Of a stretch of 64,000 nt of DNA, positions 1-12,330 are shown one piece after another. A program made the translations under genes and the position numbers. Location: assembly GCA_043228905.1 (NCBI GenBank), contig JBHGNT010000004.1, forward strand, positions 20,026,001 through 20,090,000, in the 5' to 3' direction. This DNA comes from Azolla caroliniana (lineage: Eukaryota; Plantae; Polypodiophyta). The stretch's first letter is position 1. Each line of letters begins with the position of its first letter. The notes below the pieces were generated by a model, which ran no database searches, had not been told where the DNA came from, and worked only from the letters and a program-made list of their open reading frames with translations.

Positions 1-40
1 CTTTCCTTGTTATGGTATCCCTCTGTGTTGTATGGTGTAG

Positions 41-950
41 AAGAAACTACTTTTGGCTGATGCCGAGGAGACAATGGCGTCAATTGAGGATATAAGATCA
101 ATTTCAGACAACTTTGAAGAGCTCTGTGAGAGGAATTTGGCAGCAAACTCAGGTTGGCTTTTGATGAGATAATGTATTCCAGGTTTTGTTTCTGACCCTA
201 CGAATGTTTCTGATGTTAAACCTTTTTTCTTTATTCTTTGTAAGTTCTATATTATTTGTATTTTTATCTCATATGCCATTATGGTTTTTGGAGACATTAA
301 TATATCTTTTTTCATTTGTTTCTTTGTCTTCGTTTGCAGGGATGAACCTGACTGATTTTTTTGTGTTTTTAAGAAGAATGTCATTCTTCTTCTTCTCATT
401 CATCAGGAATAGCAATATGGAGAGCGAAGACGATGAATTAGAAAGAGAGAATTGTTGTATAGAGTCATTCTCTACTAATCATATTTGCATGAATTTGCTT
501 TCAGAAGTTCTGTTTAACATTAAAGCAATTGGTGGAGTGGTCGACTTCCTTTGTTCATCCAAAGTTTATCGACCCTGGGATAATCTGGATGATAGACCAG
601 CTGAAAAGAAAAAGGAAGACTACTTCATTGGCAGTGAAAAGGAAGAGTGTATCTTCTCTATGGATTCCCTTGAGCATTCAGAATACTTCAATTTTTTGAT
701 AGACCTATGCGTAGGTCACAGCAATCAAGAAAGCACAATGGAATGTTCAAAGTTGTACAGGATTGTTTCACTCAAAAATGAAAGATTGAAGAAAAGAGTT
801 TTTTATAATCTTGGTAACACGATTAATGGTACCATCCATCTTACTAAAAATATCGCTATTGAGAACAGGGGAATGTCACCCCAACAGTTAGCTCAGCTAA
901 TTAGTACTATTTTAGATCATCTCCATCAAAGCAACCCAAGGATGCGTTAA
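41..950 (+). CDS. JMJ20: 3' part (last two exons) of a JmjC-domain JMJ20/JMJD4-like 2OG-Fe(II) oxygenase; the gene begins upstream of the window
   Basis: Exon ~41-152 (KKLLLADAEETMASIEDIRSISDNFEELCERNLAANS-G, GT at 153) splices in phase to the acceptor tttgcag|340, giving ...RNLAANSGMNLTDFFVFL..., which matches the recalled plant JMJ20 motif IEDIRDICDDFE.LCQRNLAANTGMN..DFF. Last exon 340-950. The JmjC core lies outside the window. Confidence 0.75.
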
Positions 951-2299
951 ATGAATTTAATTACATTTAAAATAATCATTTTTTTAACATTTCTGAAGGA
1001 GGTCTATTGTGATATTGTGGATTAGTTGTGCTGGTTCTCAAGAGGAAATTTTAGTTTTTAGATATAATTCTGACATTTTTCCAACTTAGTTGTAGCACAA
1101 GGATAACATGGGATTGCAGAGTTCTCATTGAATTTTAGCTCTAGCAAGCCTGAATTGATAAATGGGTCAATTTTGTCCTTTAAGAGTGCAACAAGTCCTT
1201 TCTTTCAATTGTTAACTAGATTTATTAGCTCAAGAATGTCTTATCCTTTGCAGTGAGCTTGCTCATGCTACATGTTTTAAGAAATAATTAATTAAATGAT
1301 GGAAAGGACAAGATTTGGCACATTTCTTGAACATAAGATAACTTTATTCTGATGGATAGCTCATACCTCTTTACACTTGAACTTGAATTCAATCATCTTT
1401 GGCCATTGATCATGGGTATATATTCCACAATATACAATTAGACTTTTTTATATTCAACAGAATCTAAACAGCATACGAAGTTGTGACAACCTAACAAAGT
1501 TGTGTCTAGCATTTTGATTTTTCTTTGCAGCATACAAAGTTGTGTCAACATAACGCTATGCATTAAAGTTTAGAAATTCAGTAAAAAAGAGGCAAGTATC
1601 TTGTGAGATAACATGGGCATCCCTACCAACTTTCTCACCTTGAGAAGGAGGGGTGTAACCTAGTGACAATGCATACGCCACATGAGATTCTGATTGACTT
1701 GCATCTTATGTTACATAACCTTTGTTTTATGGTAAAGCAAACGTAAAGAGAGCCTCACAAGCTGTAGTTATCTTAGATTATGTCTTTTCTTGCTTTATGC
1801 TACTTAAAGTTGAGAATTTTGCACTTCTGAACTATAGAGTACAGGATTAATCATAAAAGAGGCATGACAATAGTACAAGTTCAAATTTTCAATTAAGTAT
1901 TTGGAATAAAAATATTTCGTTTAGTGTCTTCAAATTATAACTTTCTGATCAAATTCTTTGGGTTTGCAGTGATCTGTTCATCTACCTTTGAAGGAATGCC
2001 ATTATTGGATGGCCCATTATGTTTTTCTTGCGTGTGTGGTTAACCTCAAATAGTGTTATGTATGTATTTGCATTAAGTTATTTTACCAAGAAAATGTGAG
2101 TGGACTGTTGTTTGAGCTATGCTAATCTTTTGAAAATACTTCACAACCGGCATCTTAAAAGCATGTACAACAGAGAATGGCTGCTATCAAATAATTGAGG
2201 AACATGAGCAAGACTGTATGTAGAGCTCTTATGTTCTTGGATCGTATAAATGTTCCATTGATGAGGACTTTTGACTCATTCTTAGAGGTTTTTCAAAAT

Positions 2300-2730
2300 T
2301 CATGGTAGTATAATAGGCATCATGTTGAGCTGCAATTTTCATCTAGAGTTCCTAGATTGTTTATATATTGCATAGAATCTTCATATGCTACCATGGCCAG
2401 CTCCGCATCTGCTTAAGATAGTGATGAAACTAGAGTCTAGAAGTTCAGGGCTATCTTAACCAAGACAAGTAGATGTGTCCTTGGTTTTTTTGGTGGTCCA
2501 GGTGAGGGATTGAGACACCAAAATCAATGAAACTTACAAGGAGCACTATGGAGAAGATAAATTTGTGAGGCTCAGAATGAAAGGTAAACCACTGGTCATA
2601 ATATATGATGTGGTGGATAATGCCTTATGCTCTGCTTCACATGTAGAAATAGATGAACACTGCCTTTTGCTTCTTACTACTGCATGAATGTGCTCGGATC
2701 CAAGCGAAATGATATTATGATGTACGTTTT
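2300..2730 (-). mobile_element. Highly degenerate Ty1/Copia RNase H-like remnant
   Basis: ORF 2546-2764 contains AVVRSKRQCSSISTCEAEHKALS, resembling Copia (V)SWxSKKQxxVxxSTCEAEYxA. No intact frame. Confidence 0.45.
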
Positions 2731-3352
2731 TTGTCCTCTTATTTTTGGCACAATCTAGAGTCACTGTAATGAAGCAAGCATAATGTCGTATGCTGTAAAT
2801 AAACTAAGTATTGTACCTTTGACATAATTTATAGCTCTTTCATTTACCCTAACAAATCAACACTTTCTTCACTGGGCATGCTTGACCAATAGCAATTATT
2901 GCAATCGAAGACAGGATCACCTTCATATCTATACAATACACATACATTAATAAAGTAGAGTGAGTTATTGCATTACAATCATCATCAATACAGAAAGAGC
3001 CAATGCAAAATATTACTAGTGAAGTGCTGATAAATCATTAAGTTAGAGAAAATGCAAAGAGCGGCTCATTTCGACTACTCTCCATGAACACTAACCATAT
3101 GATACAGTTTGCCCATTTGTATTCCACTTGAATAAACGGGATAGTGGGGAAAACAAGAGATCTAAACCCTGGTCTTTCGTATGAGATATCACAGCCACAG
3201 TAAGATTCATTGGTTTCCATGAGGGCATCAAATAAAAGGTCCGTCCAGTGAATAGAGGGAAAGAATGTGGTTTGAATATCATAATAAAAGGTCAGGGATT
3301 TCATCAGGCATTATCATGGACATGTAGCTAGCAGCACATTCCATGCACATTA

Positions 3353-6300
3353 TCAGGGGTGGCAACTCCAATGCAATGCATCTTTGATCCCATCTTTGTA
3401 GGCTCCTAGACTATGGTCTGATAAAAGAGACTTGGACAAAATGATCTTCCTAAACCTTGATTTCGGGTTCAATCCCTTGATAACATTATGCCGCATTGAA
3501 GCTGAAACGTCTTTCTCAGAAACTCTTTTGCTTGTGATTTTACTCTCTGCAGCTGTAATCTTCTTCGCATCTGCAACAAGTTGCAAGGAGCGGCCACTTG
3601 AACTTGATGATGATGTGTTTGCTTCTTCAATAGGAGTTCGTCTTATATGATATAGAATACCTGGAACGACCAGACTGCAAGGTTTGATGGGAGCTCCATC
3701 ACTTTTGATTGTGCATGTATTTGAAGACGCTGGTTCATCCACAGGAAAATCTGGTGATTGTCTAGCAGAAGCTGAAAAGCACAATTTGAATCACTTGTCA
3801 GGAACAATGTCACTTCCATTCATTTGGTTTTATAGCTGACACTACTGTAAATTATAGACATGTGAAAAGCTACAGCAAGCCCCTAGATTTGGATTGTAAA
3901 TACATCACTATTTATTAAGTTTAATGTTGAATGATCATAAAGAATTAGATAACAAAATGAAGTGAAACTTATTTTATGATGAGAGATTCATGTGAGTGAA
4001 TAAAAGCAATGTCTCAAAAATATTAGGTAGTGGAAACTATGCAACACCACTCATTTGAATACTGAGGTTTAAAATGCTAGAATGACAAATTAGGGAACTA
4101 TATATTGATAAAATCATTTGAGAAATAATGAGTTGATGTTAGAATTTATTTTAAGCTACAAACTCAAGAAAGAAAATATCATTTAAAGAGGACAGTTAAC
4201 CAATGAGAGCACTTTTCTCATTGTCAAGACTTGACTCCTTAGGTGCTGCCATAGCAAAAAATGGGACAAATATGATTTGTCATACAGACCACAATTTGAA
4301 ACACGCTCAAATACAATTGATTCACTGAATTAGTTAGCCAGATTGCAACGCAAAACTGTTCAACAAAACTCTGTGCTTTTCAGAATGAGGTTTCGTGACT
4401 ACATATTAGTTTTCAAAAGACAAGCGGAAGCGTGTACAACCCAAGGCTACAGTAAAATACCACTACCAGCACAGTTTAAGTCTTATCTTCAAGGGCAACT
4501 TAAAAAATGAGGTTCAATAGTATTTCATGAATATTACCTGGTGTATTTAAGTATGACCTGATTGCAGATGATCCTATTGATGACACCAATCCCAGAAAGG
4601 TTTGAGGTCTAGGAGTTTGAATGCCCCAGGTAGGTGGGGGGGCATAGTATCCTTGTGCGTATCCATTCATATATTGCCCAGGTGGAGCATAGTATCCTCC
4701 TGTAGGATATGGACCAGGACGAGGTCCGTTTATACCAGCAATAAAGGATTCCACCATGGCAGCGTAGCTTGCACTCTTTGCATGTTGGATGAACGTTCCA
4801 GGTGTATAGCCCAGAGAACGTTCCATGTTACCTAATGCAGAGTTTGTACTGTTAACCAAAGAAAGCATCTTTTTTGCAATGCCACCATCTTCTAAAACAT
4901 GATCCCTGCATAAGAATTATAAGAACTTCACATACCTTTTGGAACAAAATGGTTGACACGGATGTTTTAGACATACAACAACAGCAAAACGAGTTGAATG
5001 GTTTTTCTCTTTCACAAGAAATGCAAAAAACAAAAAAATTGATGAGATTCCATTTGTAGAAAACATCAAACAGATCCTGACCTAGACCTATAGGGACTAG
5101 GATATCCATTGCTTTTAACCCTGTTTATATAGGTTTGTGGACAGATTTACATGCCATAATCCCAGAGACTTTGACTTCTTAAACCATCTTGAAGGAGGAA
5201 AGACTTCCTAGCCTAGTCTTGCAGCAATTACAAAGCAAAACATTTTATTGATGAAATTAAGGCTGAGTAGTTTTTGTTATATAAATGGAAACAGGTATCA
5301 TTTAAAAAAGCCTGTGAGCATTTAGGTACTTGGTAAGTTCCAGACGTATGCGCTATACCAGTCTGTTTCCAATATCTCCGAACGCAATTCTTCTAAGGCT
5401 GCTACACTTACACGAGTAACAATATCATCCTGTAAATCAAAAAAATGGATTATATATGTCAATAGACCCCAAAAAATGTGCTAAATATTAACTCAAATAG
5501 TGCATTCTATTAATGTTTCTTCGAAATAAACTGAACTTTCAGTGTGAAAATCCAATGCAAGAGAGAGCCTGCATTTTTTCATCAGATGGTCATGATTGAG
5601 AATAACAGTGAAATGGAGTAATTAAAATCATCGGAGCAAGAACACTTGGAGAACAAAGCAACGTAAGAGAATCAGTGGAAAAAGCAGATGGAAGGAAGTA
5701 GCGAAGGTGGAAATTTCATATAGGCAAACAACAAGTTCCTCAAAGAATCTGAATACTCAGAATATCAAAAAATAGAAATAGGAAATTAACAAACAGGACG
5801 AAATGTTGACTCACCCCATGAAACATGAGTACTATTAACTACAACACTAACAGACAACATTACGACCATGAAGGCAAAGGAAGCCCAAACTGACCACATT
5901 TGGTTCCAAAGAGAAGCTACATGGCAGGGTTTGCAGTTGAAAACAGTTAGTTCACTGGTTGGAAAAGAAAAAGAAGATTGACATGAGCTTACTGCTACAG
6001 TTGCGGTTGAGAACAGTTAGTTCCCGACTGATTCCAAAATAAAAAGAAGATCAAAATGAGCTTACAGTCGGTCATGTCATCAAAAGTAGGGGGTACGAGT
6101 GGTCACCTGAGCCCAGAAAATTGCAAAATAGATCAAACAGCGTGTATAGGGAAAATAGACTACAATAAAATGAAAAGAAAACCAGAGGAATGGACCTTCC
6201 AATGGGAGGCAACAGTTCCAAAAAGAGAAATTTACAGTAGATAAAAGGAGCATCAATTGTGCATCATGACCTGACAGCAAGGGTGTCCCAAACCCTGACA

Positions 6301-9300
6301 TGACAAATGTAAAGTTGAAGATCTAGGATTCTCTCATTCATTACCTATCCGAGACATCGTGATCACATCCTGAATCCTAGTACCTGCTTTAGTATTTCAA
6401 CATGCATCTATCTCTAGCATCTTCATGACAGGAATCTTCTGAGGTTCTTCAGCCTCCATCTGGAAAGGAATTCATATCTGATACTCTTCTAAGCTTAGAG
6501 TAAGAATTATGATCATCTAATTGCTTGGAATCGTTGTGTTCTTTTAACAGTTAAGGATCGCCTCTATGATCATCAATTCTCACCCCTTAATTGGAATAAT
6601 GTCAGTAAATTTTGTTTAAAACGGCAACAATCAAAGGCACACAACATATAGAAATATTTGCAACAACATGGTTCTATTTCTTGCTGTGTCCTAACATACA
6701 CATTAACAAATTAAAATCGATGCAGAATGTAATGCACATCAATAAATAAAACTGCAGAGTCTACGAATTTCAGCCAGACATTTTTCATCATAAACCTGAA
6801 GGACTACATTCTTTATGAAGGGTGCATGTTCAGAAAGAAGCTTGTCTACACAGGGTGGACATCCAAATCCCCAGCATTCAATCATAGAAGTTGGAATCTC
6901 GAGCCTTGATGATATACCACCATCAACATGCTCATAGAATAGAAATGCCAGCAAACATGCAGCACCTGCTCCAAGGGAATGCCCAGTCAGAACCAATTTG
7001 TATCCCTGTTGATAAAATTAAAAAAATGGAGAAGATATCAAAGCCTATAATTTTATGAAAAGAAGAATCTATGTCACGGAAAATCTGCCCCTCATTTTTA
7101 TGAAGAGAACAACTTATTTACAGGATAATAATCAAATATGTGTCAATGATACTTACTTGATTCTCCCACATTAGATTTTTGAGGTTTTCAGTCTCATTAT
7201 CTGCAATCCAGCGAGCTGCAGACAGTATCCCAGAATGTGCATACCTGTAAAGATAACATTTTCCATACTTGATGAGATGGAATATCAAGTGAATACAGCA
7301 ATTGCAATACAATCATTATTTCACTATAAACTAGAAGGTCTGATTATGACAGTGAAGTAATATCCACCCTTTTTGGGATGTACAGGTATCATATCATGCT
7401 TGCTTTTCTGCCTATTGTGATTTTGCAACTAGAATTGATTTTACTGATCCCTTACGGATGAATGCCTTTTGCAAATGTGGACATGAACTTGATTCAGTTT
7501 AGTGGTAGGAAACCTCGAATTTCAGAGAGAAACCACAGAAATAGTATCAGAAAGGGTAGGTTTGAAAGGCAAGATTACCCAACTATTGCAGTAATTTCGT
7601 TTACAAATTCATTTAAATATTTATAACATGAGATAGTCAAGGGTGCACATTCAATCATAGTAATTTTGGACATTATAACTCTTTGCACAACATGATGATC
7701 AAATTTTATCTACAAAATGACATGCTACAAGTGTATCTACATTTGCAAATCTTGTGTTTCTTTAACATCATCATCTTGCACACATGTTCATCACAATTTA
7801 TCGACAAAATGACATGCTACAAGTGTATCTATAGTTGCAAATCTTGTGTTTTCTTAATATCAGCATCTCGCACACATGTTCATCACACACACATATCAAA
7901 CTTATGCACTTCATGAGAAGTAACACAATGTGATTTCTTTTAGGTAGTAGTCCAATGCAGAGATTTTCTTTTAGGTAGTAGTCTAATGCAGAAATGTGCA
8001 GCAGGCCTACACGTTACAGCAATATCATGACTTTATCTGCAGTAGGTTTCCATACCCTAATATAATACAGGGCTCCCTCATATGAATCCATTCAAGATAT
8101 TCCTCTGGTATAAGTAACACATCACTCATACCATCCAGTTATATTAATAAAATCAAACCTATATGATTTTCTGGGCACATTCTGAATTATAACTGAGACC
8201 TACCCGCCTTCGAAGGCCTCACTATGAGGTTGAAGATCCGTTAACACATCAGTGGCAGCATAAGTACCACGGATACTCAGCACCACACGCCTTCTAGCAC
8301 TATCAACAGCAATAAAATATGATGGCTTTGATACAGAAGACTTGCTCACATGTTTCCTTATCTGTTCCTTTTCAATCTGCTTAGAATAAAACCAACATGT
8401 TAGAAAAATACCCAAAAAACAGAACCTGTTAAGAACAAGGACTCGCCTTCAAGAAATCGATGATAGACTTCTCATCAGCAAGATAAGATGCCCACGCCCA
8501 GTCCAACCAATACAATAGCTCTTCAAGTTCCTTTCTATAAGCATACCAAAATAACAATAAGATGAAGCAGCAATAACAAATTAATTATTAATTTATGCTG
8601 AACAAAGCAAAATGCCATCATGACTGCCTGTGTATTCAAGTAATTACACATGTTATCGTTTGTGGGTGCAACTACCCTTTCAGGGGATGGATTAAAGGAG
8701 TGACATATAAAAGATTAAATGCAAAATGTGTGCACCACATGTGGATATGCATGCGAAAGCTCTAAGTGGTTTTGCAAACCTTGGATCAACAACATTCATA
8801 AGAACCCTTAGGAGTACAAGAAGTCAAAACTTACTTTTCTGAAACAATACATCCATCAATGGTATCTGTGCTTTGTTCAAGTGCATGTCGTGTCGCTATT
8901 TTATATAGACCTAGGGTTAGATCTGATAAATCCCATCGACTCATTCCAGAAACACAATTTCTGATGCTCTTTGCGACTGCAACAAGCGAGCCATCATCTG
9001 AAGTTCTATCTCCTGACATGAAAATAAGAAGATCTGAGACAAATCTTCAAACTCCAAAAAGAAAAGACTGGGGATTCGAACAGTGCAAACATGCATTGCC
9101 AACACAAACGTCCTTTGTCAAAAAATCCTTAATCGAGAAATAAGCTAGAAATACATAGCCTGCAATCAGTGGCTGAAAATTAAGAATTCCATGAAGTTTG
9201 TTCAAATTATTCATTAAAAGAATATCACAACGGTCTAAAGATTTTTCTCTAAAACATTTTATAATTTAGAGATTGATGTACCTTCAATTTCAAAATTGAA

Positions 9301-10493
9301 GGTTATCTTCAATGGTATGAGAAATTCTCGTATCTTATCTACTCTCTTTATAAATCCATTCATCAAAAAGGCATCATCATGCCACAATGCACAAGAATTA
9401 TCTGACTACATATTACTATTGCAAGGTGTTCAAATTTTCAAAGTCCTTATGAATTTCATCAATTAACTACATAAATACGATCATTTAAAAAATCATGACA
9501 CAATTGAGGATCCATTCCATCGTCTTCAATATTATAACATACTCACAAATTTTATCCACTATGCTTATGTATCATCATACCATGATTATCTTACATGGTA
9601 TTTATAATTTCTACTATATCATCACCAATCTGAACACAGAAAGCATCATTTGAGGACAAGTACCTTAACAGAGATGGCCATTCCATGGTCACAATGCCCT
9701 CATGGACCACACCTACTTTAATATCAAAACAATCATGCCTTACTGTCCATGATATTCACCTTAAAAAATATCCCTATTCAATGGTGTACAATGTCCTCGT
9801 GGATCTCATCTACAATATCATAAAAAAGCATCATCCCCTACCATTTCTAAAAATAATTACCTTAACAAAGATCATCACTCCATTATATACAGAGTTTCAA
9901 TGTCCTCAAGCCCCATGGTCACAATGCCCTCATGGACCACACCTACTTTAATATCAAAACAATCATGCCTTACTGTCCATGATATTCACCTTAAAAAATA
10001 TCCCTATTCAATGGTGTACAATGTCCTCGTGGATCTAATCTACAATATCATAAAAAAGCATCATCCCCTACCATTTCTAAAAATAATTACCTTAACAAAG
10101 ATCATCACTCCATTATATACAGAGTTTCAATGTCCTCAAGCTAGTCATGACTATCATTACCAATTTCGAGGTTATTACCATGACAGATACTATCATTAAA
10201 AATGTATGACAAACTATCCCTTTCAGCATTGGAACTTATATTTAATGTCGTACCATTCCATGATGGTATGGAATGTTCTTGTGGATCTCATATAATTTAT
10301 CATCACAAGGCATCGTGCCTTACAGTTTCATGACGATTACCTTTAGATAGATGATTATTCAAGAAAAGAATATACCTGAGAGGTAGGAAGAGAGGGCAGG
10401 CTGAAGGCATTCCAGGATCGATGGCGCAGGAGGAGGAGGAGGAGGAGGAGGAATCTGAGGTTGAGCCTGAGGTCGACGAAAAAAGAAGTCCAT
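3353..10493 (-). CDS. Class 3 lipase / sn1-diacylglycerol lipase-like alpha/beta hydrolase, 9 exons
   Basis: Phase-consistent exons 10493-10376, 9012-8835, 8534-8447 (GC donor), 8376-8204, 7244-7157, 7005-6796, 5429-5359, 4905-4538, 3771-3353. Motifs VVLSIRGT, YAHSGILSAA, nucleophile LTGHSLGAG, CWGFGCPPC, QDDIVTRVS and C-terminal LSDH. Confidence 0.9.
7700..7885. repeat. ~90-bp tandem duplication in a lipase intron
   Basis: acaaaatgacatgctacaagtgtatct...gcaaatcttgtgttt...cacacatgttcatcaca occurs twice in tandem. Confidence 0.75.
9683..10141. repeat. Near-perfect 230-bp tandem duplication in lipase intron 1
   Basis: ccatggtcacaatgccctcatgg...tgtcctcaagc starts at 9683 and 9913. The only difference noticed is ggatctcatc vs ggatctaatc. 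Confidence 0.92.
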
Positions 10494-10578
10494 AGCTCCT
10501 TCCTTCTGATTCTTCTTCTCCTGCTCCTCCTCGTCTGCTTCTTCTTCTACTTCTTATTCTGTGACTGATACGCTTCCG

Positions 10579-10737
10579 TCTGTGTCTGTGTCTGTGTCTG
10601 TGTCTGTGTCTGTGTCTGAGTCTGTGTCTTCTCCCTCTTCCTTCGCTGTGGCCGCAGCGGGGATGATCGCGTGCGGAAGAAGCCCAGTTCAAATTCTCAC
10701 CATCACATTCCTCCCACATATGTTTTTATTTTTTTGT

Positions 10738-10768
<31 letters not shown>

Positions 10769-10933
10769 TTTGTCTATTTAATATTTATTTATTGATTTAT
10801 GTGTCTATTTATTATCATTTTTAATCTTCTTTTCTTTTTGTTTATTTATTTATTTATGGGGTTCCTAGATCACGTGGAATAGCACCACAATATGTTGTTC
10901 TTTGTTGTTATGGGGGGGGGGGGGGGGGGGGGG
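10579..10933. repeat. Microsatellite cluster upstream of the lipase: (TCTGTG)n, (ATTT)n, poly-G
   Basis: Directly visible at ~10579-10628, ~10737-10770 and ~10912-10933. Confidence 0.9.
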
Positions 10934-12169
10934 TTAACACCACTGTTGGTTTTTGTTGATGACCGACCTCCATTCGGGTTGTGCCCGCAGTGCAAGTTGG
11001 AGCTTCCTATCCGATTCTCATTCGTGACCTTTCTTCGGATTCATGCTGCTTTTCTTATGCACGACCCACGCATCGCTTAGTTGTTCATGACAAGGCATCC
11101 ATATCGATACGATATATTTTTGTACAACAAATGGGTCATAGAAGAAGCGTCTACGTTATCTAATGGTCCCTTCTACTTCCTCCCGTTTACTTTGCTAGTT
11201 AGTGAACATGATTCCTAAATTGGATAGGTGTTGGGGTTAAAAAGGTCTACCAAGGCAAGGCCCCGTTTTTTTTAATGGTTCTAGTTAGAGGATGGATTGG
11301 TAGAGCATTGGAACATTGGTTATTGCCTACCCCAATCGTTGGCACTTGGCAAAGCACCTTGCAAATATAGGTGATGTCCTTTTGTATCATGAGCCAATCG
11401 AAGGAAGTTCTAACATGTTTTCCAAGCTATGTCTTTGTAGATGACATGCTCGCCCATAGCCCATTGTGTGCTTCCTTATAGACGTTATTTCTTGTGGTCG
11501 AAGATATATCAATGCTAGATATTGTCCTTTCATTTGTAGTATAGGGTCTCTTCGAAAATACAACTTATTTTGGTTGTGTATTACAAGGCATTTGCTCTCA
11601 TCTCTTCACGAGCCTAACAAGTATTGAGTCAGTTTCTGAAAGCCCAATCATTTCCAAAATCCATTAGTTTGGGTCATCACTAAACATTGTGGTATAGTTG
11701 TCGAGTATGGTACTATGAAGAAGGTGTCATTTACTCTCTTGCATGTTTCAACTTACTAGAGTAATGATAATAGTCCACAACAACTCTTGGACATGTAGAA
11801 GATTGAGAATCGAGTTCATGTAGGACTGACATCGAACATGTGAACATCATACTATTGGTGCTTTTGCTATCATGTACAAAAAAGAAGAGTGATCAACGAA
11901 GAAGGTGAATTTCTAACACAAGAGGCAATGGTGAAAGAAGGCATTATAGCTTGAAGTATCGTTGAAATGCACCTAATCACTAAACCAATAATAAACATGT
12001 TTGTCTTAATGAAATAAATAACTACTAGATAGAGACATTTCATATGTCTCAATTAAATATATATTTGATAAGTGAAAAACATTACATAGCTAAAAAAAAA
12101 TTTAGTGAAGAATCTTCGTGACAAAAGTTGCTCTTGGTGGATGAAAATGGAAGAGAATGAGAATTAAGA

Positions 12170-12330
12170 TGTAGCCTCATAAGGTTGGCGCCCCCAAAGG
12201 TCTCTTCCACGTAAGAGCTTCTACCCCTTTACACAAGTTGGAAACTCTAAAAGGTCCCTTGCACATTACTAGCCCATTGGACATTCGCCATTACTACACA
12301 ATAAAGGGTAATTTCCCACAAATTACACTA
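12170..12330 (+). repeat. Dispersed repeat, diverged copy of 61790-61925 (probable TE/LTR fragment)
   Basis: agagcttctacccctttacacaagttgg..aaggtcccttgcacattactagcccattggacattcgccatt aligns by eye with agagctcttcccctttttcccaagttggaaccctaaggagttcctttcacattacaaacccattgggcattagccat. Confidence 0.55.

Noticed and set aside
186-339. Hydrophobic N-terminus of the 254-aa ORF as a membrane protein
   Set aside because: It is T-rich intron sequence; coding resumes at the acceptor at 340.
10303-10824. ORFs with RHRHRH and SVSVSV repeats
   Set aside because: These are translations of the (TCTGTG)n microsatellite and alternative frames of lipase exon 1.
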